Shown: positions 1 to 9,658, counted from the first letter of the stretch. The stretch is 64,000 nt of DNA from Candidatus Aenigmatarchaeota archaeon (GCA_039000425.1 JAWBPV010000002.1:14303-78302), one strand, 5' to 3'. Program-made: numbers and translations. The notes: a model not told the origin generated them from the sequence alone.

Positions 1-724
1 GCACTTTCAAAGAACGAATAAAATAGTAATAATCAGAACATCTGAGCCAGCCATAATGCTCCCAACGAACTTGCGGTTCTTGACCGCCAAATAAATTCGC
101 AAGCATAAATTCACGAGCAGGTCCCATTGTCACATACTCAATCTTCTTTGAAACAACATTCGGAAGTTCATGCATCACATTTGATATAATTTTTAAATCA
201 CTTACATGTGAACTACCACCCTGCCAGAATATTCGAATCGGCTCGGTTATTGTTGGATGATCTACTGCAAAAGCAGTATCAACCATATTTGGAAGAACCA
301 CATAAGGTTTATCCTGATTAATTGCCGAATTATAAAATTTAATTAGTTCTTCATTTGGAGAGCACAAAATATTTGCATGTTCAAGCACATATAAAAAATT
401 TTGTTGATTTGCCTTCCAAAAATGATAAGGAAGAACATTCTCAGGAAGAATTTCAAGCATATTATCATCGAGATCGTAAACAAAAGGTCGCTGAGATATC
501 AAACGCTTGAACATATCAAGTTGCTCTTTAGTTAGCGGAACATGTCGACTAAAATAGAAAAGATTATGAAACACAACGTCCAACGTTTCTATAACAGGTT
601 TAAGAGTAACGTGAATCAAATCTCGCGCATAAATATGCAAAGCACGCGCTACAAGAAGAACACGATGATAATCGCATCCGTTGGTCTCAAGATCCTCACC
701 ATTAGCAAAAATAAACAATTTCAT
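1..724 (-). CDS. hypothetical protein, 3' end runs off the window; possible GT-B glycosyltransferase-like fold (weak)
   Basis: Minus-strand ORF opens at ATG 724..722 (MKLFIFANGEDLETNGCDYHRV...) and stays open to position 1. A ...IRIFWQGGSSHVSDLKII... segment is only vaguely glycosyltransferase-like. Not in the ORF track because it lacks a stop in the window. Confidence 0.4.
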   Translation of the reverse strand, partial: MKLFIFANGEDLETNGCDYHRVLLVARALHIYARDLIHVTLKPVIETLDVVFHNLFYFSRHVPLTKEQLDMFKRLISQRPFVYDLDDNMLEILPENVLPYHFWKANQQNFLYVLEHANILCSPNEELIKFYNSAINQDKPYVVLPNMVDTAFAVDHPTITEPIRIFWQGGSSHVSDLKIISNVMHELPNVVSKKIEYVTMGPAREFMLANLFGGQEPQVRWEHYGWLRCSDYYYFIRSLKV

Positions 725-756
725 TTGTATGTATTATACAAAACAAAAAATAAAAA

Positions 757-1023
757 TCAAATATCTAAACGCAATCCTTTATGCAATAATGCAAAAATCA
801 TCTGACTTCCCGCAAGAGCCTCTAGCCCCGCAAAAAAGGAATTCTGAACCACCCCGTACACAACCGCAAGAATTACTGCCATAAAAAAATTAAAAATGTC
901 GCTATATTCTTCGTTCACGTATTTAGTTATAATTTTTTTCAAAGGAAACATTAAAAAAAAGACAATGGCTCCTCCAATCACCAGATGGACTTCTTCAAGA
1001 AGCCTATTAAATAATTGCTCCAT
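757..1023 (-). CDS. small two-TM membrane protein (holin-like candidate)
   Basis: 88 aa with two hydrophobic segments (VIGGAIVFFLMF, FMAVILAVVYGVV). Lies directly upstream of the SLT transglycosylase gene. Confidence 0.45.
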   Translation of the reverse strand: MEQLFNRLLEEVHLVIGGAIVFFLMFPLKKIITKYVNEEYSDIFNFFMAVILAVVYGVVQNSFFAGLEALAGSQMIFALLHKGLRLDI

Positions 1024-1050
1024 ACTTAAAGCATATTAGATTTGTTAAAT

Positions 1051-1536
1051 TTAATCAAATCTCTGAAAGTTGGCATGAAACTCTTCATACGCTTTCATAA
1101 CACGTTCAAAATAATCCGGTCGTTTATTATAACGATTCAATGCTTCTTTGAGATTCTTACTTTTTGACAAATACAATTTTAAAATCAAACATCCAAGAGC
1201 AATATTTTGTTCGGGATCTTTCAAATTAAAACCTTCGTTCACAAAAATCCGCTGCCAAAACCTTGAAATTTGCATCAATCCCACATCTCCCGAATTCGAT
1301 TCAATATGAGCACGAAAATCCGACTCAACTCGAATTATTGCGGCAATCAGCAAAGGATCAATATTCAACAATTCACTACATTTAACAATCAAATCTCCAT
1401 ACTTAATTTTTTTCACAATAAGCGAAGAAACATCTTTTGAAATTGTTGTTTCAAAAGATGTAGAATCAACAAAAATTAATATCAATAAAAAACCAATGAA
1501 ATATACAGCAAGCGTTTTAACAAGAGAACACCACAT
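1051..1536 (-). CDS. membrane-anchored lytic transglycosylase (SLT domain)
   Basis: N-terminal TM segment, then the SLT catalytic block ...IRVESDFRAHIESNSGDVGLMQIS... (the ES...S.A.GLMQ signature). Confidence 0.75.
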   Translation of the reverse strand: MWCSLVKTLAVYFIGFLLILIFVDSTSFETTISKDVSSLIVKKIKYGDLIVKCSELLNIDPLLIAAIIRVESDFRAHIESNSGDVGLMQISRFWQRIFVNEGFNLKDPEQNIALGCLILKLYLSKSKNLKEALNRYNKRPDYFERVMKAYEEFHANFQRFD

Positions 1537-1538
1537 TT

Positions 1539-2126
1539 TTATAATCTAAAATTTTTCTTAAACTTTTTCAATAAAATTTTATAATTCTTTTCCAGCCATA
1601 ATGCTAACGGGCAAGGAGAACTCTCAAGCGAACATATTTTTTCATGCAAATACTGACACCGTTGAGACTCAAATTTTTTATGAATAAACCACCGCGTTAA
1701 CAAATCCAAATCTTCTTTACTGATACTAGAATCAACAGTAAAATCACCATCAAGAAAACGAAATGAATTGTGAGTTATTCGATAATATGCAAAATAAACA
1801 CCATTCTTATACCAGTATACACTAATAACAAAACTTAGCTTATTATCAACAAGGTTCTTTAACTCATTATAAATATCTTCATGTGCTTTTCTAAAAGACT
1901 CATTGAGAAATAATCGTTTATTCCTTTCAGAAGAAATCATTCCCATATCATTAAAAAATGTAATTCGTTTCGTATCATATATAATCATAAAAGGATATTT
2001 TATCCGGCAAGCTGCATCAATTCGAGCAGATAAACCTTTCAATTCATAAAATAATCCAAAATAATTGGATGCGCTCTTGGGCACTCTTTGTACAACCATT
2101 TTATATCCTCTTTTTGAACTTATCAA
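1539..2126 (-). CDS. Cys-rich paralog family member 1 (unknown function)
   Basis: 195 aa. Shares the ISVYWYKNG...LDLLTRWFIHKKF...C-x-C-x-CPLALWLEKN...LLKKF blocks with the next two ORFs. Confidence 0.6.
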   Translation of the reverse strand: MISSKRGYKMVVQRVPKSASNYFGLFYELKGLSARIDAACRIKYPFMIIYDTKRITFFNDMGMISSERNKRLFLNESFRKAHEDIYNELKNLVDNKLSFVISVYWYKNGVYFAYYRITHNSFRFLDGDFTVDSSISKEDLDLLTRWFIHKKFESQRCQYLHEKICSLESSPCPLALWLEKNYKILLKKFKKNFRL

Positions 2127-2634
2127 ATGTAAATTTTTTCAAATCCTTCAACAAAATTTCACGATTCTTCTTCAACCATAGCATTAACGGGCAAGGATAA
2201 TTACCAATTGAACGAGAACATCTTCCCTTGCGCAGACAACTGCACCGTTTGGACTTAAATTTTTTATAAATAAACATACGAGTCAACAAATTCAAATCTT
2301 TTCTATTAATATCAGGATAATTTCTAATAAAAGACCGCAACGACTTGGGAGCAATCTGATACCAGGCAAGAAAGGTATCATTTTTGTACCAATAAACGCT
2401 GATACTAAATTTTGGCTCCCTATTAATAAGATTTTTCAATTCATTACAAGTTTTTTTGGTTAAATTCTTATTTATTTCCGTAAAACCATTGAAATTAAAA
2501 AATATATGTTCACGCCTTCTGTATCGATAAATTTCTTTATCCTTAAAATGCGAAATTTGCCTCATATAACGCACAATTTCGCCAAAAGGCTGCGTTATCC
2601 AACAGCACGCATCAATATTCGGGATGTAATTCAT
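2101..2634 (-). CDS. Cys-rich paralog family member 2
   Basis: 177 aa. ISVYWYKND...LNLLTRMFIYKKFKSKRCSCLRKGRCSRSIGNYPCPLMLWLKKN. Overlaps member 1 by 26 nt. Confidence 0.6.
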   Translation of the reverse strand: MNYIPNIDACCWITQPFGEIVRYMRQISHFKDKEIYRYRRREHIFFNFNGFTEINKNLTKKTCNELKNLINREPKFSISVYWYKNDTFLAWYQIAPKSLRSFIRNYPDINRKDLNLLTRMFIYKKFKSKRCSCLRKGRCSRSIGNYPCPLMLWLKKNREILLKDLKKFTFDKFKKRI

Positions 2635-2692
2635 TTAATTCACAAAATAATTCAAAACAATTAATCATTTTTTGTGATATCCTTTCCGCCAT

Positions 2693-3274
2693 TTAAACCT
2701 CCTTTAGCTCTTTATTAAATCTCTTCATTAAAAAGCGTTCATTTTTTTCTAACCATTCCTTCAAAGTACAATCATGCACTAAAGAATACACACATTTACC
2801 ATCTTTTGTAATGCAACGCAATTTTTTTGATCTAAATTTCTTGGCAATATATATACGACTCAAAATGTTCAAATCCTTAAAATCACCTTCTTCAAACTTA
2901 ATCAATTGGCAGCGATCGGGGGACACAAAAAAGTAAGCTATCGTGCCCGATTCATTCCACCATCGGACATTAATATTAAATCTGGGTTTATCTCTAATTA
3001 AACTTCTCAATTCTTTACATGTAGTTTCAGAAAGCTTCCGCTTACCATCGGCAAGATATTTATTCAAATCTATAAATATTGACCGACTTCTATAGCGCTC
3101 ATTACATACACCACAATGAACAATTGGAATCCGCTTAAATCGAAAATACCCATACGGATTTTTCCAAATCCAACATTGCGCTTCAATTTCCATATCAAGA
3201 TTCTTCAATGTATAATACATAATTGCGCAATTAAGAATCTTTTCAAACTCCTCATCTTTCATGCTCTCCTCCAA
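2693..3274 (-). CDS. Cys-rich paralog family member 3
   Basis: 193 aa. NVRWWNESG...LNILSRIYIAKKFRSKKLRCITKDGKCVYSLVHDCTLKEWLEKN, plus an HCGVCNERY motif. Confidence 0.6.
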   Translation of the reverse strand: MEESMKDEEFEKILNCAIMYYTLKNLDMEIEAQCWIWKNPYGYFRFKRIPIVHCGVCNERYRSRSIFIDLNKYLADGKRKLSETTCKELRSLIRDKPRFNINVRWWNESGTIAYFFVSPDRCQLIKFEEGDFKDLNILSRIYIAKKFRSKKLRCITKDGKCVYSLVHDCTLKEWLEKNERFLMKRFNKELKEV

Positions 3275-3299
3275 GAATACAATTCCTTATTCAATTCTC

Positions 3300-3626
3300 T
3301 CATTTTACAACAAATCTCGTTATTGCAATTATATTTCCATGATTATCCCTAATAACTCCTGTTGACGTATCGGGAGCGACAACATCATCACGATCTTTAA
3401 CCGCATTTAGCACTAATGTTGAAACAATATAGATTACTCCATCTTCTGGAGAAGGCAATCCCTCAATGTCTCCATAAATATTCTTTACCAATGGAATGCC
3501 ATCAATCTCGCCAACAATCTGTTGATCCACCTTAACGCGAGCAATTTTTCCTGAAGGCGGAATCACAATTTGAGAACTCCCAATTTTAACTACAATTGGA
3601 TGAGGCGTCAGATTTACTAACTTCAT
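3300..3626 (-). CDS. hypothetical beta-rich protein
   Basis: 108-aa ORF. GAGGTG-like RBS at 3632-3637 ahead of ATG 3626. Confidence 0.5.
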   Translation of the reverse strand: MKLVNLTPHPIVVKIGSSQIVIPPSGKIARVKVDQQIVGEIDGIPLVKNIYGDIEGLPSPEDGVIYIVSTLVLNAVKDRDDVVAPDTSTGVIRDNHGNIIAITRFVVK

Positions 3627-3653
3627 GGGTTCACCTCTCTTCTCTTGAAGGTT

Positions 3654-3674
3654 AAAAAAAAGGGGCTTTGCCCC
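3654..3674 (-). terminator. intrinsic terminator hairpin after gene 3675..3965
   Basis: On the minus strand, GGGGCAAAGCCCC is followed by a 9-nt T run, immediately after the stop codon at 3675. Confidence 0.6.
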
Positions 3675-3965
3675 TCAAACATTATATCGCCGTATCAATT
3701 CCTGACAGGCCTTGCCCAAGGCCCTGTAATCTTTTCCTAATGCAAAAAACACTTTAATCATTTTAATCGGATTTTCAATTAAATCATCGCACAATGCATC
3801 TACAGAATTCAATTCAGGTGTAAATTCTTTCTGCAATTCTTTTTCCAATAAACATAAATTCTCAATAGCAATGTATGATAACAAATACCCAATAAATTCC
3901 AATTTGTTTAAACCCAATTCTTTTTTTCTAAATTCTTCAATCTTCTTAACTATTTCTTTTTCCAC
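3675..3965 (-). CDS. hypothetical protein (GTG start)
   Basis: 96 aa. GTG at 3965..3963 with AGGAGG 9 nt upstream. The full conserved promoter/RBS module sits at 3976-4004. Confidence 0.5.
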   Translation of the reverse strand: MEKEIVKKIEEFRKKELGLNKLEFIGYLLSYIAIENLCLLEKELQKEFTPELNSVDALCDDLIENPIKMIKVFFALGKDYRALGKACQELIRRYNV

Positions 3966-3975
3966 TAAACATCAC

Positions 3976-4004
3976 CTCCTTTTTCTTTCTTATAACCTAA
4001 AAGC
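3976..4004 (-). promoter_or_regulatory. conserved early promoter/RBS module (instance 1)
   Basis: The minus strand reads TTTAGGTTATAAGAAAGAAAAAGGAGGTG. The same module recurs at six or more other minus-strand gene starts. Confidence 0.5.
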
Positions 4005-4033
4005 TTTAGGGGATTTTGAAAAAAGGAAACTCT

Positions 4034-4876
4034 TTAGAGTTTCAACAGATCTGCAATATTCGCAAAAGGTGCATCCGGCACTTTTATTGCTTGCAAAATT
4101 CCAGCTTTTTCAATACGCACAATCAAAGAAACATTACGTGGCGCATCAAAGAAAGTATAACCTGTTGCATCAGTTACATAAACTTTCTTACGACTAACTC
4201 CAAGCTTATCCCCAACACGCTTTGGCACATCATAACCCACTTCAACTTCCACGCCAGATGCTGGCTCCAAATTCAAATCAACAGCAAAAACATGAATCCG
4301 ACACAATTCAGGATCGGGCGATGGAGTATAAACAATCGGCCCTCCGATAATCTCAATGCTTGTATCATCTTGAACTAAAAGAAATGTCGAATCAAATTTA
4401 TATCCAGCGCGATATGCATTAATCACGTAAGAGCCTCCGCTGAGATATACAATTGCCTTTCCATTTCCATTAGTAAGCGTCTTAAGTATGGGAGTGCTAT
4501 CACTGATTATTGACAACATAACATCTGGAATTATCTGATTATCGGTGGTTTTAGCACTAATTTCAACACGGAATATACCAAATCTATCAGATATTGCGGC
4601 ATAGTTCTTAACAAAAATATGCTCAAGCAAAGGCTCAAAGCCAACACTGGTATATTTAATCAAATAATCTCCTTCAATATCAAAAACAGAAGAATCAAAC
4701 CTTCGGTAATAAACGCCTGGGAGAAAAGAGCTTTCAGTTAAACTAAAAGGACCAAGCTCGGTATCGTCGGGCTTTTTGATAAAACATTCAACCAAAGCAC
4801 CTGAAACACGATTTCCTGCCTCATCAACAAGTTCAACTAACGCTAAAACCTGTTCTCCTAAATTATAACGAATCAT
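4034..4876 (-). CDS. beta-sandwich protein with two CarboxypepD_reg-like domains
   Basis: 280 aa. Two segments resemble carboxypeptidase-regulatory (Ig-like) domains (…NGNGKAIVYLSGGSYVINAYRAGYKF…). Stop/start overlaps the 871-aa gene. Confidence 0.5.
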   Translation of the reverse strand: MIRYNLGEQVLALVELVDEAGNRVSGALVECFIKKPDDTELGPFSLTESSFLPGVYYRRFDSSVFDIEGDYLIKYTSVGFEPLLEHIFVKNYAAISDRFGIFRVEISAKTTDNQIIPDVMLSIISDSTPILKTLTNGNGKAIVYLSGGSYVINAYRAGYKFDSTFLLVQDDTSIEIIGGPIVYTPSPDPELCRIHVFAVDLNLEPASGVEVEVGYDVPKRVGDKLGVSRKKVYVTDATGYTFFDAPRNVSLIVRIEKAGILQAIKVPDAPFANIADLLKL

Positions 4877-7488
4877 GGTTTCTTTATCCGTCTCTTTCCA
4901 ACAAGCATACTGGGACTATAATAAATCTTCGAATTCGCCGCTGGTGGTGCCTCAAAGATAAATTGCATTTTATTTCTATCAAATTTGACTTCGTCGGGTA
5001 TACTCCCAGGTGGTGATGAGATTTCTGGAGTGTATTTGTAACCAAAAAACCCGTTGCTTTGGTTTAAAAACACATAACCATTATCATTGCCAATTATATA
5101 TAAACCGATTTCACTGCTAGGTAATTGCTGCAAATCCCAAAACGGTGACCACGTATGTCCATCTTTTGATCGACGAATCATTAACGACATTGTTGCCACA
5201 TTAATTCCGCATGCTAAATACAAATCTTTAACTTTAGTAATAAAATAAACACCATTTAGTTGCGGTTCAAATTCTGTTGTTGATAAATTCAATCGGCCGA
5301 ATACCGCAGTCGACATGTCATTCATACTTGTCAATCTTATACACCACAAAGAGTCGGCGTTGATCATCACGGGAATCCAGTAGTAGTTACCCGATGGTAC
5401 AATCAAAGGTCCAAATGTAGGTTCGTTTGATGATATATCATATGAAAATGGAAGTATTGCATTTGACGCCAATACAGGTGCAAAACCCGAAATAACTGTG
5501 CCATTCGCCTTTATGGGGCAGCCAATTATAAAGTTTCCACCGCCTGGAACATTTGGGACAATAATATCATCGACAGTGTCGATTGTTTGATTCATTAAAT
5601 CGATTTTGACAAAAGACAATCCAATTGAAACTCCGTCATCACGCATTATACAATAGTAAAACGCATCATTGATTTTAACTGTATTTCCGCCAATGAATCG
5701 CAAAGAAGTTGAGTAATTTATTGGCAAAAAAGTAGCATTTTTAAGTTCTTCAAGTGTTGTTCCCGAACGCATATATGCTCGCTCTTCGAGTCGGATTTCA
5801 TAAATCAAATTATTATCATAAATAAAGAGTTCTCCCTGAAACCCCATCGGAGTAAATTCAACGGGTTCGCTTAACGATTCTGGTATTGGTGGTATATATG
5901 GAGTTTTCCAGTCTTCAGAAACGTCTATAACCGATATTTTACGTAGTACGCCATCTCCAACTAAATCCGCCCAAACATCGATTGCTTCGTTTGGAATAGA
6001 CAGTAATTGTGGCACATCAACATTAAATGTCGTTGTAACTCCATCACCTTCCAAAACACCCGCAGGTTTAATATTTGCAATAATTTTTTCTTCTGTTTTC
6101 TCAATTCTCTCATAAAAATAAGGTTGTAAAATTTCCATTGCGTAATTTAACGGTACAGAGTCTTTACAATAGCTCGGGATATCCCCGATCGGATTTTTAT
6201 TTGGTGAAGTATCATATACTATCTCTTCCTCCGAGCCAAAGAAAAACCCTTTTGCATAGTTAAAAATGTATCCATTTTCTCTGAACACACCACGAAACAT
6301 ATCAGGTCCGTCGGCAATAATAATTTTTCTCGGGTCAACTCCGAAACTACGTAACCATTCTTCATTTCTCAAAAAAGACTGATAATAAAGAAATGCAAAA
6401 AGCGATTTAGAAATTGAACTGAATTTCGTGTATACACCCGAACCAATATTTTTTGTTCTTATCAAACATGAGAATGGATAAAACATTGCACAACAATTTA
6501 AAAAAGATATTGAAGATGACATTTGTGAGAAATCATAGAGTACAAATGGAATTGAAGCAGGTGAAAGCCAAATGTAACATCTATCAAAAACAATTGACGG
6601 AAATCCAACCGAAAAAAATCCCTCCGTTAGATCTAAAAATGCCATCGCATTTATAAAACAAGATTTAAACACTAAAGTTGGCAGCATCGCCGACATTGTA
6701 TGAACTGTAAATTGAGGTTCTCCATTGCTTCGTACCTCAAAAACAGGTTCGCCTGCTTTATGTCGTTGGGTTATTTGTGAAGTATCTATTCTAAGACAAT
6801 TTAAATAAATTCTGTCGTTCGTATGCGCATCAAAATCAAGCGCTGGTGAAATGTGAACTTCGGTTCGATCGTTTGCGGGATCGTAATTCATTGAAACGAT
6901 ATCAAAAATATTAAAAATGGGGAAAAATATGGTTTTGAATGCAAATTTTCTTATTGTGTTCCATGGCGGAACATCGATATTTCCTGCAACATAAATTACA
7001 TTACTTCCAAATGGTGCGTCGGCGACGAGATATGTATTGTAATTTTGGGCATTCATTTGTTCAATGTTGGGATAGATTCCTACGTACCCGCCACTCCAGT
7101 CTATCGCACCCCATACCGGTACGTCTCTAATACCCGTATTTGGTTCAATATCTTCAAGAATTACACCTACATTATCAACATTTGCAACATGGCCTATTTC
7201 AAGTCCTTCGAAAAATGCTTTCGCATCATTGACAATTGAAACTTTGCCAAAGATATGACCATTATAACCAACAAAATGAACAGCTTTGTTATTTAACAAT
7301 ATATCTCCGAATGTATTTCCTATTACAACGACAGTGTCGCCGCTTTCAAGAATAGAATCAACACCTTGCCATGTTTGTTTCGCGGTTTGCCGAGTTAGTC
7401 CATCGTTATCATCATTGCCATTCATTTCATCCCAATAAATCCGTTTTCCCGCTTTAAAAAGACTTTCCATGAACTCGCTTAAAATCAT
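4873..7488 (-). CDS. large right-handed parallel beta-helix (pectate-lyase fold) protein, paralog A; candidate tailspike/depolymerase
   Basis: 871 aa. The N-terminus KRIYWDEMNGNDDNDGLTRQTAKQTWQGVDSILESGDTVVVIGNTF matches the classic G-x-D-x-N-D-G...GDT-V/I signature of beta-helix proteins. Its C-terminus (DRNKMQFIFEAPP..KIYY) aligns with 24099..26669. Confidence 0.7.
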   Translation of the reverse strand: MILSEFMESLFKAGKRIYWDEMNGNDDNDGLTRQTAKQTWQGVDSILESGDTVVVIGNTFGDILLNNKAVHFVGYNGHIFGKVSIVNDAKAFFEGLEIGHVANVDNVGVILEDIEPNTGIRDVPVWGAIDWSGGYVGIYPNIEQMNAQNYNTYLVADAPFGSNVIYVAGNIDVPPWNTIRKFAFKTIFFPIFNIFDIVSMNYDPANDRTEVHISPALDFDAHTNDRIYLNCLRIDTSQITQRHKAGEPVFEVRSNGEPQFTVHTMSAMLPTLVFKSCFINAMAFLDLTEGFFSVGFPSIVFDRCYIWLSPASIPFVLYDFSQMSSSISFLNCCAMFYPFSCLIRTKNIGSGVYTKFSSISKSLFAFLYYQSFLRNEEWLRSFGVDPRKIIIADGPDMFRGVFRENGYIFNYAKGFFFGSEEEIVYDTSPNKNPIGDIPSYCKDSVPLNYAMEILQPYFYERIEKTEEKIIANIKPAGVLEGDGVTTTFNVDVPQLLSIPNEAIDVWADLVGDGVLRKISVIDVSEDWKTPYIPPIPESLSEPVEFTPMGFQGELFIYDNNLIYEIRLEERAYMRSGTTLEELKNATFLPINYSTSLRFIGGNTVKINDAFYYCIMRDDGVSIGLSFVKIDLMNQTIDTVDDIIVPNVPGGGNFIIGCPIKANGTVISGFAPVLASNAILPFSYDISSNEPTFGPLIVPSGNYYWIPVMINADSLWCIRLTSMNDMSTAVFGRLNLSTTEFEPQLNGVYFITKVKDLYLACGINVATMSLMIRRSKDGHTWSPFWDLQQLPSSEIGLYIIGNDNGYVFLNQSNGFFGYKYTPEISSPPGSIPDEVKFDRNKMQFIFEAPPAANSKIYYSPSMLVGKRRIKKP

Positions 7489-7673
7489 AAACCCCTCCGA
7501 TTAATCTCAATATTTATCTTTTCAAGTGCTTTGACAATGTCTTCACGATCACCATATAAACTCCTAGCATTTTCAAATTCCCGTTTCAATTGCAATAATC
7601 TCTCATCGGGCATAAGCTTCAGGTTGAACTTATAATAATATGTCCATAATGATGGTAAAAATGGGCTAGCCAT
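7485..7673 (-). CDS. small helical protein preceding beta-helix paralog A
   Basis: 62 aa, ATGA-overlapped with the 871-aa gene. Weakly similar in pattern to the 83-aa ORF preceding paralog B. Confidence 0.45.
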   Translation of the reverse strand: MASPFLPSLWTYYYKFNLKLMPDERLLQLKREFENARSLYGDREDIVKALEKINIEINRRGL

Positions 7674-7862
7674 TTCTTTTAAGCTTATCGATCATTTCAT
7701 CTGCTTTTTTGCCAACGGTAAGTATCGAAACTCCTATAACGCCAAATATCGCTCCAACAAACAATCCTACCAAGAACCCTATAATGAACGCCTGTACACT
7801 TCCCATATTTTTAAGATAACAAAAAAATAAACTCAAATCAAAACAATTTTCAAATAAAAGTC

Positions 7863-8048
7863 TCAGTCAATTATATGTGTCATAAAAAAAAGTAAGAAAC
7901 AAACAACAAAACCAACTACACCCCAAAAATACAGCATTTCAATATTAAAGATTAATCCCACAAGTCCGACAACAAAACAAATCATCGTTCCAATCAGAAA
8001 AAATTTCCTCATAAGAACATTGTAATCCAATTCAATGCTTCTATGCAA
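7863..8048 (-). CDS. small membrane protein
   Basis: 61 aa and almost entirely hydrophobic. Confidence 0.35.
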   Translation of the reverse strand: MHRSIELDYNVLMRKFFLIGTMICFVVGLVGLIFNIEMLYFWGVVGFVVCFLLFFMTHIID

Positions 8049-8493
8049 AAACCTCTATTTTTGCTGACTTTAAAAAGAGAACATATTTACTACTATTTGC
8101 TACCAACGCCAATTCTCTCGCTTGAACTTCATAGGAAATGTTATAATACGCCTTAAAAAATGAACAAAAACGCAATAAATTCTCAATAAATTCCAAAGCA
8201 TATTTACAATAAAATTTCAACTTTCCATCAATCCGTTGCTGGGCAATATGCACGGTTTCATGCTTGAATATCATAACAGAATGAGGATATTCCAACACTA
8301 TATACGGATCTTGTGCAATGCCCGAATATTTAAAAAACTTAAGTCCTATCCATGCAAAAATTGCACGAATTAGTCCTATTTCTTTAAACAAAGCTGAAAA
8401 AGTATCAACAAGTTTTCCATATTTATAAAGTTCACTGGCCGGATGATAAAGCCCGGGAAGACTCACATAAGAAGTAATCCTATAAACTATCAT
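8041..8493 (-). CDS. hypothetical protein with HExxH motif (possible minimal zincin)
   Basis: 150 aa. Contains ...FKHETVHIAQQ... Confidence 0.4.
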   Translation of the reverse strand: MIVYRITSYVSLPGLYHPASELYKYGKLVDTFSALFKEIGLIRAIFAWIGLKFFKYSGIAQDPYIVLEYPHSVMIFKHETVHIAQQRIDGKLKFYCKYALEFIENLLRFCSFFKAYYNISYEVQARELALVANSSKYVLFLKSAKIEVFA

Positions 8494-9017
8494 TCTCCAG
8501 AATTCCCAAAGATGTAAATGTATTTGCCATCCGCGCCCTTTTTCCAGCGTTCAAAACGATTCCCCATATCTACATGAAAAAAATTCTGTGCAGGATAGTA
8601 ACCCAATCCATTAAATCCACACTGCTCGCACAATGCCCATATGTAACGCTCTATGCCATTGGCCTGGAATTTATAAAACTCGGGCAATTTCGTCAACAAC
8701 TTCGTTCGTGCCGTCTGCGATAAAGTAAAATCAACTGCTTGTTTTTTTGTATGAAACGAATTGAATGCCCCCCCAATTGCAGCATTATGCTCGGGACATC
8801 TATATCCAGATGTAATCAAAATTGGAACGCCAAGCATTGAACGAAATCGGTCAAGAGTTAGAACTAAACTCTCATCCATGTCATAAACGGGGATATTTTT
8901 GTGAATAGAACATTTACAAGCGAACTCCTCAGGACGAAAATATTTGACCTTTGACCAATCCATGAAATTATTATAACTCAAAACGAACTCAAACAACAAC
9001 AAATGTTTGAACGCCAC
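8490..9017 (-). CDS. peptidase M15 family (D-Ala-D-Ala carboxypeptidase / endolysin-like) protein
   Basis: LITSGYRCPEHNAAIGGAFNSFHTKKQAVDF matches the M15 zinc-binding signature. The true start may be the internal Met (MDWSKVKY) at 8963. Confidence 0.75.
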   Translation of the reverse strand: MAFKHLLLFEFVLSYNNFMDWSKVKYFRPEEFACKCSIHKNIPVYDMDESLVLTLDRFRSMLGVPILITSGYRCPEHNAAIGGAFNSFHTKKQAVDFTLSQTARTKLLTKLPEFYKFQANGIERYIWALCEQCGFNGLGYYPAQNFFHVDMGNRFERWKKGADGKYIYIFGNSGE

Positions 9018-9369
9018 GCGGTAACTCTATTTTGCGTGGTCGCTTAAAAAGAATTAATTCCTTGATAGGATAAAAATAAAGACCACGCAATGTCTTCCAC
9101 CAACGTAAAGCTTCTTCAGGCGTAACGCGATGCTCGGGGAATAATGACATAAATTCTGCTTTACTTCTAATTTGCTTTGGTGCGCCAAGCACAATTTTGC
9201 CTAAGATGCGATTCCCCTCAATGAGATAAAGAAGTTCATTTTCAATATGATACCTTCTCTTCTTCAGAATTGCACGCTTCAACCCTTCAGCAATCAAACT
9301 GCCATGAGGATAAACTAGATATAAACCACGCTCTTGTGCAACCTTAAAGAGCAAAGGCAAAAACCACAT
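8989..9369 (-). CDS. hypothetical protein (ASCH-like?)
   Basis: 126-aa ORF. No firm motif. Confidence 0.4.
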   Translation of the reverse strand: MWFLPLLFKVAQERGLYLVYPHGSLIAEGLKRAILKKRRYHIENELLYLIEGNRILGKIVLGAPKQIRSKAEFMSLFPEHRVTPEEALRWWKTLRGLYFYPIKELILFKRPRKIELPRGVQTFVVV

Positions 9370-9440
9370 ACAATAATTGTAAAAAAATAACTAATTAAAG
9401 TCTACAAGTTAAAAAAGAAGCTGCTTTAGAACAGCTTCTT

Positions 9441-9653
9441 TCACTTATTCAATAATTCTTCTATAACCGTTGTAATACATCCTCCCCACCACAATATTGA
9501 TAATACAATCGCGAAGATGGAGAAACCTTTGTTTACGGTTTTCTCCACTTCTTCTTCTTTCCAATAATATGTCATAATGCTCGCGATTAAACAATATACC
9601 ATAAATCCCTTAAATATTTCCTCCAATAACGCGAAAATTAAATTGCTAACCAT
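9441..9653 (-). CDS. small two-TM membrane protein
   Basis: 70 aa. Preceded by the conserved promoter/RBS module at 9659-9688. Confidence 0.5.
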   Translation of the reverse strand: MVSNLIFALLEEIFKGFMVYCLIASIMTYYWKEEEVEKTVNKGFSIFAIVLSILWWGGCITTVIEELLNK

Positions 9654-9658
9654 TTTTC

